From a virus (lineage: Duplodnaviria; Caudoviricetes): a stretch of 64,000 nucleotides of DNA. The DNA lies in the IMG/VR virus record IMGVR_UViG_2608642293_000001, positions 44,874-108,873 of that record, one strand, 5' to 3'. Numbering within the stretch: position 1 is the first letter of the stretch; every line of letters begins with the position of its first letter. Position numbers and translations under genes: made by a program. The notes below the pieces were generated by a model. It was not told where the DNA came from and searched no databases. It saw nothing but the letters and a program-made list of their open reading frames with translations. Shown here piece by piece: positions 18,150 to 28,449 of the stretch.

Positions 18150-18927
18150 ATTAATGCCATTAGAATTTGAAAATCAAAGGATTATTATGACTAAGATTTT
18201 GGCTGAAGAATTTGGAACCGAAGATAAAATAATCAGCAACAACTTCAATAGAAATATAGACAGATTTATTGAGGGAAAACATTATTACAAGCTAGAGGGT
18301 GCAGTGCTAAAGGATTTTAAAACGAATCATCTTAATGATGAACCGTCAATGTTAAGAATAAATTGCCTATATCTTTGGACAGATAGAGGGGCAGCAAGAC
18401 ATGCAAAAATTCTTGACACAGATGAAGCGTGGGAAGTTTATGAAGCTTTAGAAGAAAATTATTTTAATCCTAAACAGACGTTAAATACTTCCGAATTATC
18501 ACCAGAACTTCAAATGTTTAATAAAATGTTTCAAGCATTAGCCAATAGTGAGTTAGAACAAAAGAAAATGAAAGAAGATATTGAAGAAACAAAGGAAAAG
18601 TTAAAAGGAATTAAAGAAGTAGTGGCTCTTAATTCTACAGATTGGAAAAATGACTCTAAAAACTTAATAGTGAAAATAGCACATAGACTTGGTGGTAATC
18701 AATTTATACAGGATGTTTACAAGGAGATTTACACTAACTTAGAAAGAAGAGCCGGTTGCCAATTAGAAATAAGACTCACTAACAAGCGTAGAAGAATGGC
18801 AGAGGAAGGTATTTGTAAATCAAAGAGAGACAAGCTAAATAAGTTAGATATTATAGGCGAAGAGAAAAAGATTTTAGAATGTTTCTTGGCTATAGTAAAA
18901 GAACTTGCAATTAAATACGGAGTGTAG
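18142..18927 (+). CDS. ORF6N-domain antirepressor-like DNA-binding protein
   Basis: NNFNRNIDRFIEGKHYYKLEG...LYLWTDRGAARHAKILDTD. Confidence 0.8.
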   Translation: MNKLMPLEFENQRIIMTKILAEEFGTEDKIISNNFNRNIDRFIEGKHYYKLEGAVLKDFKTNHLNDEPSMLRINCLYLWTDRGAARHAKILDTDEAWEVYEALEENYFNPKQTLNTSELSPELQMFNKMFQALANSELEQKKMKEDIEETKEKLKGIKEVVALNSTDWKNDSKNLIVKIAHRLGGNQFIQDVYKEIYTNLERRAGCQLEIRLTNKRRRMAEEGICKSKRDKLNKLDIIGEEKKILECFLAIVKELAIKYGV

Positions 18928-18939
18928 GAGGACTAAGCT

Positions 18940-19167
18940 ATGGTTTATAAATTTTTAAAATGGCTTAAAGAAAATGTTACAGAAGAACAGTTCGAGGATA
19001 TATTAGCAGCAACAGATCAAGATATTAAATTCAATAGAATTGGATTTGGTAAGACTACAGGACCTAAGAAATTCATTGAGATATGTACAAGCTGTGCAAA
19101 CCTAATTTTAAAAATAGACAAAGAAAAAAGCCAAAGGACACCGACCAAAGTAGTCCAAATGGCATAA
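18940..19167 (+). CDS. Phage hypothetical protein
   Basis: RBS ggagga; operonic. Confidence 0.6.
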   Translation: MVYKFLKWLKENVTEEQFEDILAATDQDIKFNRIGFGKTTGPKKFIEICTSCANLILKIDKEKSQRTPTKVVQMA

Positions 19168-19201
19168 CAAAATAATCAAGTTTATTATATCACAAAATGA
19201 G

Positions 19202-19465
19202 GTGATTACAATTAAAAATATAGCATTAATCAAATTTCAAAGAGGAAGCTTTGACCAGGAATACGCGTACTTTACTGATATGGACGATTTAGTTGAAGGT
19301 AACATATTAGTTGTTCCGACTAGCAATTCCTACAGTATAGGGGTATTTAGCAGATATTCAAAAAGTAAAATTCATATTGAGAAAGCTGAGAAATGGATTG
19401 TTAAAAATATTAGTCCGGATATCGAAGCTTTTGAAGAAAAAATCTTCTTAGGAGGTTTGGATTAA
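19202..19465 (+). CDS. Phage hypothetical protein
   Basis: Operonic ORF. Confidence 0.55.
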   Translation: MITIKNIALIKFQRGSFDQEYAYFTDMDDLVEGNILVVPTSNSYSIGVFSRYSKSKIHIEKAEKWIVKNISPDIEAFEEKIFLGGLD

Positions 19466-19761
19466 TGGGGTATGGCACAAAGATAAAAATGGAAATGAAT
19501 AATTGCTCGTTCCTGTATGGCGGTACGGATGGTATTTGTCCTTACCATACAAGAAGCTGCAATAAGCCTTGTGAAAAGTATTCACCAGTTGGTGATGCAT
19601 CAAAGGGAATTTTTCATGACTGGAACAATGGGATAGAAAAATTAAAATTTGAATTAAGGCTTAAATATTTTGGTACTACTGAAAAGTTAGATTCTAAATT
19701 AAAAGAGAAGCAAGAACCTAAAGAAGAAAAATTTGATGTAGATGATTTCTTAGGAGAATGA
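19465..19761 (+). CDS. Phage hypothetical protein (Cys-containing)
   Basis: RBS ggagg; TAATG overlap with previous gene. Confidence 0.6.
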   Translation: MGYGTKIKMEMNNCSFLYGGTDGICPYHTRSCNKPCEKYSPVGDASKGIFHDWNNGIEKLKFELRLKYFGTTEKLDSKLKEKQEPKEEKFDVDDFLGE

Positions 19762-19804
19762 TATAAGAATTAAAAAAATTAATTAAATTTGGAGGAATTA
19801 TATT

Positions 19805-20281
19805 ATGAAGATGAATGTGGAATTTGAATCAAGAGAAGAATTGTTAAGTTTTGTGGGAATGTTCGGAGCTGCTAAAGAGCTTGTACCTATTCAAGAACAA
19901 GCAACACCAGATGAAGAACCTAAGGAAGATGTTAAGCCAGTAACTGAAAAGCCTAAAAAGAATAAAGCTGAAACTAAAAAAGAGGAACCACCTAAGGAAG
20001 AAATTAAAAAGGATGAGGCACCTAAAGTTGAGGCAAAGGTTACTGGAGTTGACGCAGAATCTAAAGAAGCAACCAAAGATGCAGAAGTAACAGAAGATAA
20101 TAAAGAACTAGAAGCTAAGATTACTAAGGAAATGGTAAGGGCGTTATGTCAAAAGGCTATAAAAGCAGGTAAGTCAGCAGAAGTTAAAAACATAGTTAGC
20201 AATTATGGTGCTGCTAAAATTCCTGATTTAAAAGAAGAATGTTATGCAGATGTATATAAGGATGTGGAGGAGTTGCTATAA
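19805..20281 (+). CDS. Acidic phage replication-module protein
   Basis: C-terminal ITKEMVR...YGAAKIPDLKEE.Y domain typical of genes preceding DUF2800. Confidence 0.65.
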   Translation: MKMNVEFESREELLSFVGMFGAAKELVPIQEQATPDEEPKEDVKPVTEKPKKNKAETKKEEPPKEEIKKDEAPKVEAKVTGVDAESKEATKDAEVTEDNKELEAKITKEMVRALCQKAIKAGKSAEVKNIVSNYGAAKIPDLKEECYADVYKDVEELL

Positions 20282-21432
20282 TGGCTAAACATGCAATATT
20301 AAGTGCAAGTTCTTCACACAGGTGGCTTAAATGTCCGCCTAGTGTTGAACTGGAAAAAGGATTTGGAAATAAGACAAGCATATTCGCAGAAGAAGGAACA
20401 TTAGCACATGAACTTGGTGAATTAAGTCTAAGGTATCAACTTGGAGAAATAACTAAAAGAAGTTATGACAGCAAGGTGAAAAAGCTTATATCCAATAGTG
20501 AGTTATACACAAATGATATGCCAGATTATGTTGAGATTTATACAGATACTTGCATGGAGAAAGTTGCTGCAGCAAAAACAACAACTCCTGATGCAATAGC
20601 TATAGTAGAGCAAAAGCTAGATTTTAGTCAATGGGTTCCAGACGGATTTGGAACAGGCGATTTTGTAATAATTGCAGATGGAACTATGGAAATATGTGAT
20701 TTAAAGTATGGCAAGGGTGTTCAGGTATCAGCTATAGATAATTCACAAATGAGACTATACGCATTAGGAGCAATAACAGAATTTGGTTTTCTATATGACA
20801 TTCAAAATGTAAGAATGACAATTATTCAACCAAGACTTGATTCGATAAGTACTGATGAAATGACAGTTGAAGATTTAATCAAATGGGCGGATGAATATGT
20901 GAAGCCAAGAGCAGAACTCGCAATAAAAGGCGAAGGAGAATTTTGTGCAGGAGATCACTGTAAATTTTGTAAAGCTAAAGCAGTATGTAAAGCTAGAGCT
21001 GATAAGAATTTAGAAATAGCTAAATATGAATTTACTAATGTTAATTTTTTAAGTGATTCAGAGATATCAGATATTTTGACTATTGCAGATAAAGTTATTG
21101 AATGGGTAACAGATGTAAAAAACTTTGCTTTAGAACAAGCATTAAAAGGTGATAACTTTGAAGGATTTAAAGTTGTTGAAGGTAGGAGTAATAGAAAGTG
21201 GATAGATGAAAAGAAGGTTGGAGAAATATTACTGGAACAAGGATTTTTAGAAAATATTATATACACTAAAAAGCTTACAGGTATTGCAAATATGGAGACA
21301 GCAATAGGTAAGAAAGAAGTTAATAGATTACTTGGTGAATATATTGAGAAACCACCAGGCAAACCAACTTTAGCACCTATAACAGATAAAAGAGAGCCAT
21401 ACAACCCTGCTAAAGCAGATTTTATGGGGTAA
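20281..21432 (+). CDS. DUF2800 PD-(D/E)xK (Cas4-like) exonuclease
   Basis: HAILSASSSHRWLKCPPS; FGTGD...ICDLKYGKG; HCKFCKAKAVC. Confidence 0.88.
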   Translation: MAKHAILSASSSHRWLKCPPSVELEKGFGNKTSIFAEEGTLAHELGELSLRYQLGEITKRSYDSKVKKLISNSELYTNDMPDYVEIYTDTCMEKVAAAKTTTPDAIAIVEQKLDFSQWVPDGFGTGDFVIIADGTMEICDLKYGKGVQVSAIDNSQMRLYALGAITEFGFLYDIQNVRMTIIQPRLDSISTDEMTVEDLIKWADEYVKPRAELAIKGEGEFCAGDHCKFCKAKAVCKARADKNLEIAKYEFTNVNFLSDSEISDILTIADKVIEWVTDVKNFALEQALKGDNFEGFKVVEGRSNRKWIDEKKVGEILLEQGFLENIIYTKKLTGIANMETAIGKKEVNRLLGEYIEKPPGKPTLAPITDKREPYNPAKADFMG

Positions 21433-21633
21433 GTGTTGATAATGTATGGTATCTATAATACTTATGCTAAAGCGTTTCAATTTGGAATCTGCGAAGAAAC
21501 AAAGAACAAAGCACGAAAGAAGCTATTTAAGAAAATAGGCAAAGATGCTTACAAGTGGAGATTTGAAGTAAGAAAAATAAACAATACACATGAAAGTAAT
21601 AAAAATATATTAAAGAAAAAGGAGAATGAAATT

Positions 21634-22191
21634 ATGAACGTTAAAGCAACAAGAACAGGAACAAAGGTAACTACAGGAAAGGTTAGATTAAGTTATGCTC
21701 ATCTTTTTGAGCCACATGCGATAGAAGGAAATGAACCTAAATACAGTGTATCTGTAATAATTCCAAAGACTGATACTGAAACACTGAAAGCAATTAAGGA
21801 AGCTACAGAACAAGCCAAGAAAGATGGAGCTAGTAAGTGGGGAGGAAAAGTGCCAGCAACATTAAAAACACCCTTAAGAGATGGGGATACAGAAAGACCA
21901 GATGATGAAGCATATGCAGGATGCTATTTCTTAAATGCAAATTCTAAGAACAAGCCTGGCGTAGTAGATGCAAATGTACAACCTATATTAGATGCAACAG
22001 AAGTTTATTCAGGCTGCTATGGTAGATTAACTCTTAATTTTTACGCTTACAATGCAAATGGTAATAAAGGTGTAGCTGCAGGTCTTGGTAATGTTCAAAA
22101 ATTAGAAGATGGTGAACCGCTTGGAGGATTTACAAGAGCAGAAGATGATTTTACTGCAGTAGGTTCTGCAGAAGATGATTTCTTAGGTTAA
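21634..22191 (+). CDS. DUF2815 phage ssDNA-binding protein (in-frame upstream extension from 21433)
   Basis: VRLSYAHLFEP, PLRDGD, VYSGCY and GLGNVQK motifs; acidic tail; own RBS ggag. Confidence 0.85.
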   Translation: MNVKATRTGTKVTTGKVRLSYAHLFEPHAIEGNEPKYSVSVIIPKTDTETLKAIKEATEQAKKDGASKWGGKVPATLKTPLRDGDTERPDDEAYAGCYFLNANSKNKPGVVDANVQPILDATEVYSGCYGRLTLNFYAYNANGNKGVAAGLGNVQKLEDGEPLGGFTRAEDDFTAVGSAEDDFLG

Positions 22192-22195
22192 GATT

Positions 22196-24160
22196 ATGGA
22201 TATTCTAAGCATAGATGTTGAAACATATTGTGACTTAGATATTAAGGATGTGGGTGCTTATAAATATTGTGAGCACCCATCATTTGAAATATTGTTATTT
22301 GCATATGCTTTCAATGATGAACCAGTAGAAATTATAGATTTTAAGAATGGTGAAGAATGGCCACAAAAAGTCAAGACAGCGTTATTAAATCCAAGAATAA
22401 TTAAATCAGCATTTAATGCCAATTTTGAAATTAATACTTTGAAAAGATATTTAATAAATGGAATAACAGCTGAGGATTGGCAATGCACTATGATTAAAGC
22501 TTTAACAATGGGATTACCAGGAAGTCTTGATATGGTTGGTAAGGCACTTCATTTTCCGGAAGATAAGCAGAAAATGAAGGAAGGTAAAGACTTAATTAAG
22601 TACTTTTGCAAGCCTTGTAAACCAACTAAAACTAATGGACAAAGAACTAGAAATTTACCAGAACATGCACCAGATAAATGGGAAACTTTTAAATTATATT
22701 GTAAGCAAGACGTTGAAGTTGAAAGAGATATAAGAAACAAATTGAGTAAATATAAAACTTTAGATAAAGAACAACGATTATGGGAACTGGACCAACACAT
22801 TAATGATAGAGGTGTTGGTGTAGATATAGAACTTATTAAAAAAGCTATTAAGTGTGATGAACAATACCAGGAAAGATTAGTAAGTGAAGCTAGGAAATTG
22901 ACCGGATTATCTAATCCAAATAGTCCTGCTCAATTAAAAGAATGGATAGGTAAAAGGATAGGATACGCAGTTGGCAGTATAAATAAGGACATTATGCCAA
23001 CATTGATAAAAGATGCAGAGACTCAAGGAAAAGATGAAGTAAAAAGAATACTAGAACTAAGGCAGCTTATGGGTAAGACTTCAATTAAGAAATATCAGAC
23101 AATGCAGATAGCTAGATGTGAAGATGGTAGAGTAAGAGGATTATTACAGTTTTATGGAGCTAATAGAACAGGAAGATGGGCTGGAAGATTAGTGCAAGTT
23201 CAGAACCTCCCACAAAACCATTTACCTGACTTAGATGATGCTAGAAAGTTATTAAGAAACGGTGACTTTGAACAAATTGAATTTTTATATGATAGTGTTT
23301 CAGATACACTAAGTCAGCTCATAAGAACAGCATTTATTCCAAGACAAGGAAATAGATTTATAGTTGCAGACTTTAGTGCTATTGAAGCAAGAGTTATTGC
23401 GTGGATTGCAGGAGAAGAATGGAGATTAGAAGTTTTTAAGACTCATGGAAAGATATATGAAGCTTCAGCAAGTCAAATGTTTCATGTGCCAATAGAAAGT
23501 ATTAAGAAAGGTTCTGACTTAAGACAAAAGGGAAAAATAGCAGAGCTTGCACTTGGTTATGGAGGAAGTGTTGGAGCTCTTGCATCAATGGATAAAGCTA
23601 AAAGTATTCCAGAAGAAGAACTTCCAGAGCTAGTACAACATTGGAGAAATGCAAACCCTAATATAACTAAGTTTTGGTGGGATTGTGATAAAGCAGCTAA
23701 AAAGGCCATTAGAGAAAAAACAACAGTAACACTGCATCATGGGATTAAATTTATATATGATCCAGGAGTCTTATTTATACAATTACCATCAGGAAGAAAG
23801 CTAAGCTATATAAGGCCAAAGATCGAACCACATGAAACTTTTAGTGGTGACAAGATAACGTATGAAGGGATGGAGCAAACAAGTAAGCAATGGAAAAGGC
23901 TAGATACTTATGGACCAAAACTTGTAGAAAATATTGTTCAAGCTGTAGCAAGAGATTGTTTGGCCGAAGCAATGTTTAAAGTTACTGCATCAGGATATTA
24001 TATCGTAATGCATGTACATGATGAAATTATTATTGATGTACCTAAAGACAAAGGTAGTGTTGAGGAGATATGCAATATATTCGGAGAACCCATTGAGTGG
24101 GCAAAAGGATTACCACTTAGGGCAGATGGCTACGAGTGTAGCTACTATATGAAGGATTAA
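22196..24160 (+). CDS. Family A phage DNA polymerase
   Basis: SIDVET exonuclease motif; ADFSAIEAR, KIAELALGYG and MHVHDE motifs. Confidence 0.93.
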   Translation: MDILSIDVETYCDLDIKDVGAYKYCEHPSFEILLFAYAFNDEPVEIIDFKNGEEWPQKVKTALLNPRIIKSAFNANFEINTLKRYLINGITAEDWQCTMIKALTMGLPGSLDMVGKALHFPEDKQKMKEGKDLIKYFCKPCKPTKTNGQRTRNLPEHAPDKWETFKLYCKQDVEVERDIRNKLSKYKTLDKEQRLWELDQHINDRGVGVDIELIKKAIKCDEQYQERLVSEARKLTGLSNPNSPAQLKEWIGKRIGYAVGSINKDIMPTLIKDAETQGKDEVKRILELRQLMGKTSIKKYQTMQIARCEDGRVRGLLQFYGANRTGRWAGRLVQVQNLPQNHLPDLDDARKLLRNGDFEQIEFLYDSVSDTLSQLIRTAFIPRQGNRFIVADFSAIEARVIAWIAGEEWRLEVFKTHGKIYEASASQMFHVPIESIKKGSDLRQKGKIAELALGYGGSVGALASMDKAKSIPEEELPELVQHWRNANPNITKFWWDCDKAAKKAIREKTTVTLHHGIKFIYDPGVLFIQLPSGRKLSYIRPKIEPHETFSGDKITYEGMEQTSKQWKRLDTYGPKLVENIVQAVARDCLAEAMFKVTASGYYIVMHVHDEIIIDVPKDKGSVEEICNIFGEPIEWAKGLPLRADGYECSYYMKD

Positions 24161-24172
24161 AAGGGATTAACT

Positions 24173-24424
24173 ATGACTAAAAAAGAATTAACCTTTCAAT
24201 ATTTCAGAGATAATCCGGATGTAGTATGGCAGAAAGAAAGCATTCAACATTATAAGAAATTAGGTATAAGAAAGTCCACATATATAACTTATAAAAGAGA
24301 ATATATAGCTATTCTTCAAGTAAAAGAATCAAACATGTTAAAAGTTAGAAATCCAGAATTATATTTTAAAGGCAGACCAAGACAAAAATTTATATTCAAT
24401 GACAGTAGGCTATTTAGAAAGTGA
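24173..24424 (+). CDS. Small basic phage protein
   Basis: Operonic ORF with RBS. Confidence 0.55.
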   Translation: MTKKELTFQYFRDNPDVVWQKESIQHYKKLGIRKSTYITYKREYIAILQVKESNMLKVRNPELYFKGRPRQKFIFNDSRLFRK

Positions 24425-24434
24425 GGGATAAATA

Positions 24435-24740
24435 ATGGATGATCTAGAGTTTTTAGGATTAAATGAGGAACCTGTTGGGATACCAATTAATGATAAATAT
24501 AGGATAGAAACTGCAGATGTTTTAAATGTTGTAGTTAAAGAGAAATATACTCCAAAGCCTAAAGAAGATGGTGAAATAGTAGAACCTCAATGGAAAACAA
24601 TAAGTTATCATCCTAACTTAGAATTAGCATTTAAAAGCATTGTAGACAGAGAAATTAATTTGATTGTAAGTGATGGACTTATGGCAGTAATTAAAAAGAT
24701 AGAAGAGCTGAAAAATTTCAAGAAAGTTATTACCACCTAA
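24435..24740 (+). CDS. Phage hypothetical protein
   Basis: RBS gaggga; operonic. Confidence 0.6.
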   Translation: MDDLEFLGLNEEPVGIPINDKYRIETADVLNVVVKEKYTPKPKEDGEIVEPQWKTISYHPNLELAFKSIVDREINLIVSDGLMAVIKKIEELKNFKKVITT

Positions 24741-24784
24741 AATGCAGAACAATACTAAGTAATTAAACAATTGGAGGAATATAG

Positions 24785-24931
24785 ATGAATTATAAAAATA
24801 AACGATTAGTTTGCAAGTTATTAATTATAGGTATACATGCAAGAAGCCATAGGATCTATAAAAAGCAAATTAAAAGACTTAATCCATTATTAATAGCAGA
24901 TGGAAAAGAAGAATTAAAAATTAATTTATAA
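24785..24931 (+). CDS. 48-aa basic hypothetical protein (not in ORF track)
   Basis: RBS ggagga before ATG. Confidence 0.45.
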   Translation: MNYKNKRLVCKLLIIGIHARSHRIYKKQIKRLNPLLIADGKEELKINL

Positions 24932-24990
24932 GTGTTCAAATAATTTAATTCATACTACCAATAACAGATGCAAGAAAGGAGGATTATACT

Positions 24991-27417
24991 TTGGAGTCTA
25001 TATTGAATGATAATCCAATAGTAAAAATAAAATATGATGGCCAAATAACATTAGCTACTGGAAGAAATAAAACATCAAAGCAATGGAAAAATAAAAATAT
25101 GCTTTACTCAGTCTTAGTTGATAAATTAAGCCATACAACAAGAACACCAGAAACTTATGCAGAGTATAAGAAGATGCCAAAGACTGATAGAGACAGAATT
25201 AAAGATGTAGGAGGTTTTGTTGGAGGATCATTAAAAAATGGTCGTAGAAAAGCTGAGAACGTTGCTAATAGAACTTTATTAACACTTGACTTAGATTATG
25301 TTAATGGTGATGTATGGTCAAGCATAGAGCTACTATGGGATTTTTCAGCGGTCATGTATTCAACTCATACTCATGCATCTGATAACCAAAGATTAAGACT
25401 TGTGATTCCTTTAAGTAGGCCAGTTCTACCGGATGAATATCAAGCTATAGCTAGAATGATAGCTGATGATTTAGGAATAGATCAGTTTGATGATACAACA
25501 TATGAACCATGTAGATTAATGTATTGGCCATCAACTTCAAGTGATGGTGAATATGTATTTAAGGTTCAAGATTTTCCTTGGCTTAATCCAGATGATGTAT
25601 TAGAAAGATATACATTTGGTTGGCAAGATGTAAGTTATTGGCCAGAGAGTTCAAGATCTAGAGCAAAATTAAATTCAGCTATTAAGAAACAAGAGGATCC
25701 ATTAGAAAAGAAAGGTGTTATAGGTGCGTTTTGTAGGACCTATAGTATTAGTGAGGTAATAGAAGAATTTTTAAGTGATGTTTATGCTGCAGGTGCAGAT
25801 GATACAAGGTACACATATTTAGATGGTTCAACAACTGGTGGAGTTGTAGTTTATGATGATAAATTTAGCTTTTCACATCATGGAACGGATCCAACCTCAG
25901 GTATCTTGTGTAATGCATTTGATCTAATAAGGATTCATAAATTTGGTGAATTAGATGATAACGCAAAAGAAGATACACCAGCAAATAGATTACCTTCATT
26001 TACTAAAATGACAGAGTTTGCTGCTAATGATAAAAAGGTTAAGGAAACCATAGGCAGAGAGCGTATGGAAAAGGCACAAGAGGATTTTGACGTTATTGTG
26101 TCTGATGAAGATATGAGTACAGAATGGCTTGATAATCTTACTTATACTTTAAATGGTAAACTTGCAAGCACAATAAGTAATTTCTCTTTAATAATTGAGA
26201 ATGAACCGTTACTTAAAGGAAAGATTGCTTACAATGAATTTTCAAATAGAGCTGTAGTTGTAGGTAAACTCCCATGGAGAAATAAAAATAATAATGAAGA
26301 TTGGAATGACACAGATGATTCTGGACTTAGGGAGTTTGTAGAAAAATATTATCATATTTCAAGTACTGCAAAATGTGCTGATGCATTAGCTTTAAGTTTT
26401 GAGAAACATTCATTCCATCCTATCAAAGATTATTTAAATGGTCTTATATGGGATGGTGAAAAGAGAGTTGATACATTATTTATAGATTATTTAGGTGCTG
26501 AAGATAACAATTATGTAAGGATAGTAACGAGAAAGGTATTAACAGCAGCAGTTGCAAGAGTATTTAAACCAGGTATTAAGTTTGATAATATGCTTATTTT
26601 AAGTGGTAAACAGGGAGTAGGTAAAAGTACTATTATTAAAAAGTTAGGTCAAGATTGGTATAGTGATAGTTTAACAACTGTAAATGGTAAAGAAGCTTAT
26701 GAACAATTACAAGGTGTATGGATTCTAGAAATGGCTGAAATGATGGCCACTAAAAAGGCTGATATTGAAGCGACAAAGCATTTCTTAAGTAAGACTGAGG
26801 ATATATACAGAGTTGCTTATGGAAGACGTACAAGCAGATTTCCAAGACAATGCATTTTTATTGGGACAAGTAATGAGCGTGAGTTTTTAAGGGATAAAAC
26901 AGGTAATAGAAGATTTTGGCCAGTTGATATAGCAATAAATAAACCTAATAAAAATGTATTTGAAGATTTAACAGAGTATGAGATTGGTCAGATATGGGCT
27001 GAAGCCTTAGAGCTATTTAATAATGGGGAAACTTTGTACCTTAATTATGAAGAAGAAAAAGAAGCTAAAAAGCAACAGGAAGCTCATTCAGAAGAAAGTG
27101 CAAAAGCAGGTCTTGTTGAAGAATATTTAAATAAGCCTATTACAGATAACTGGTACAACTTAGGTATAGCAGAGAAAAGAAATTATATACATGGTGGAGA
27201 CTTTGGAGAAAGCCAAGAAGGTACAATTACAAGATCTAAAACTTGTGTAATGGAAATATGGTGCGAATTATTCAATGGGGATCCTAAGATGCTCACACCA
27301 ATCACATCAAGAGAAATAAATGATATATTAAAAGGCATTGATGGGTGGAAAAGTTATGATGGTAGATTAAGATTTGGAAAGACCTATGGAACTCAAAGAG
27401 CCTTTGTGAGGGAATAA
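24991..27417 (+). CDS. Primase-helicase, virulence-associated E (VirE) family
   Basis: LDLD and YSTHTH primase motifs; GKQGVGKST Walker A; GTSNEREFLRDKTGNRRFWP. Confidence 0.9.
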   Translation: MESILNDNPIVKIKYDGQITLATGRNKTSKQWKNKNMLYSVLVDKLSHTTRTPETYAEYKKMPKTDRDRIKDVGGFVGGSLKNGRRKAENVANRTLLTLDLDYVNGDVWSSIELLWDFSAVMYSTHTHASDNQRLRLVIPLSRPVLPDEYQAIARMIADDLGIDQFDDTTYEPCRLMYWPSTSSDGEYVFKVQDFPWLNPDDVLERYTFGWQDVSYWPESSRSRAKLNSAIKKQEDPLEKKGVIGAFCRTYSISEVIEEFLSDVYAAGADDTRYTYLDGSTTGGVVVYDDKFSFSHHGTDPTSGILCNAFDLIRIHKFGELDDNAKEDTPANRLPSFTKMTEFAANDKKVKETIGRERMEKAQEDFDVIVSDEDMSTEWLDNLTYTLNGKLASTISNFSLIIENEPLLKGKIAYNEFSNRAVVVGKLPWRNKNNNEDWNDTDDSGLREFVEKYYHISSTAKCADALALSFEKHSFHPIKDYLNGLIWDGEKRVDTLFIDYLGAEDNNYVRIVTRKVLTAAVARVFKPGIKFDNMLILSGKQGVGKSTIIKKLGQDWYSDSLTTVNGKEAYEQLQGVWILEMAEMMATKKADIEATKHFLSKTEDIYRVAYGRRTSRFPRQCIFIGTSNEREFLRDKTGNRRFWPVDIAINKPNKNVFEDLTEYEIGQIWAEALELFNNGETLYLNYEEEKEAKKQQEAHSEESAKAGLVEEYLNKPITDNWYNLGIAEKRNYIHGGDFGESQEGTITRSKTCVMEIWCELFNGDPKMLTPITSREINDILKGIDGWKSYDGRLRFGKTYGTQRAFVRE

Positions 27418-27419
27418 AG

Positions 27420-27704
27420 ATGGAAGAAAGTAGAATTGAAAAATACTTAAAAAAGCAAGTAGAGAAAATAGGTGGTAAAGCTTATAAGTGGAATCCAACT
27501 GGAGTAATAGGAGTACCAGATAGAATGGTGCTCTTACCTGGTGGTAAAGTAATATTTATAGAACTTAAGGCGCCTGGTGAAAAAACTAGAAAAATTCAAG
27601 AATATAGGGCTAGAGAACTTAGAAAACTTGGATTTCAAGTTGAATGTATAGATACAGTTGAAAAAGTAGAGTTGTTTATTAAGGAAGTAATGCTGAATAT
27701 GTAA
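27420..27704 (+). CDS. VRR-NUC domain nuclease
   Basis: E..IEKYL...GVPDRMVLLPGG..IFIELKAPG. Confidence 0.88.
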   Translation: MEESRIEKYLKKQVEKIGGKAYKWNPTGVIGVPDRMVLLPGGKVIFIELKAPGEKTRKIQEYRARELRKLGFQVECIDTVEKVELFIKEVMLNM

Positions 27705-27767
27705 ATAGAAAGAAAAGGCAAAGTGATTTTAAGCTTATGTTATACAAAATCACCTTATTATAATTAA

Positions 27768-28259
27768 TTAATATTTTATTGCATTATTTAATAAATTAGT
27801 TGAATCTTCTATTGATAATTCTTTTGCATAAGAAATTTCTTTGATTACAGAATCTTTCGCATTTTTTAAAACCTGCTTTTCTGTTGCATTTAATTTACTA
27901 TTTATTTTAACTTGAGTTAGATCATATATAACCTCTAGAGTACTTCTGAGTGATCCCGATTTTATCCTTTTTGAATTGGCAGCCATTCGCTCTTTCCATG
28001 TACATTCCTTATATTCGTTCGCCTCTGACATAGCATTATTAATACTTTCTAATCCTATATCTATAGCCTCTGAATCACTTATTAATCTGAGGTTTGATAC
28101 ACCAGCGCTACTAACTGGTAAACTTAATGTCATAGTATTATTAAAAATTTTTATCTTATAATAATCTTGCGTTTCACCTTTAAATTCTCTTTTTTCAATG
28201 TTACTTACTATTCCTATTCCTTGGGTTGGATAAACCACTTTATTTCCAATATCAAACAA
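27768..28259 (-). CDS. carD: CarD-family transcription factor (moron)
   Basis: F.IG.KVVYPTQGIG.V..IE; WKER...N..RIKSG; LNATEKQVL..A...I.EI. Confidence 0.85.
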   Translation of the reverse strand: MFDIGNKVVYPTQGIGIVSNIEKREFKGETQDYYKIKIFNNTMTLSLPVSSAGVSNLRLISDSEAIDIGLESINNAMSEANEYKECTWKERMAANSKRIKSGSLRSTLEVIYDLTQVKINSKLNATEKQVLKNAKDSVIKEISYAKELSIEDSTNLLNNAIKY

Positions 28260-28449
28260 AAAATCTCCTCCTAAATTGAATAATATATTTAGTATATCAC
28301 ATTTAGATTTTTTTTGCTAATTTTTAATTTTATCACGATAATTTATCATAGTCAATATTTTTTAGAGGTATATATTTATTATTAAATTTAAAGTAAATAA
28401 ATATTGTATATATTTAAACTCATGAAATTCAAAGAAAGAAGGTGATAAT

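Noticed and set aside
20281-21432. Cas4-like nuclease as a sign of CRISPR
   Set aside because: Standard DUF2800 gene of the phage replication module; no repeat-spacer array or cas genes seen in the window
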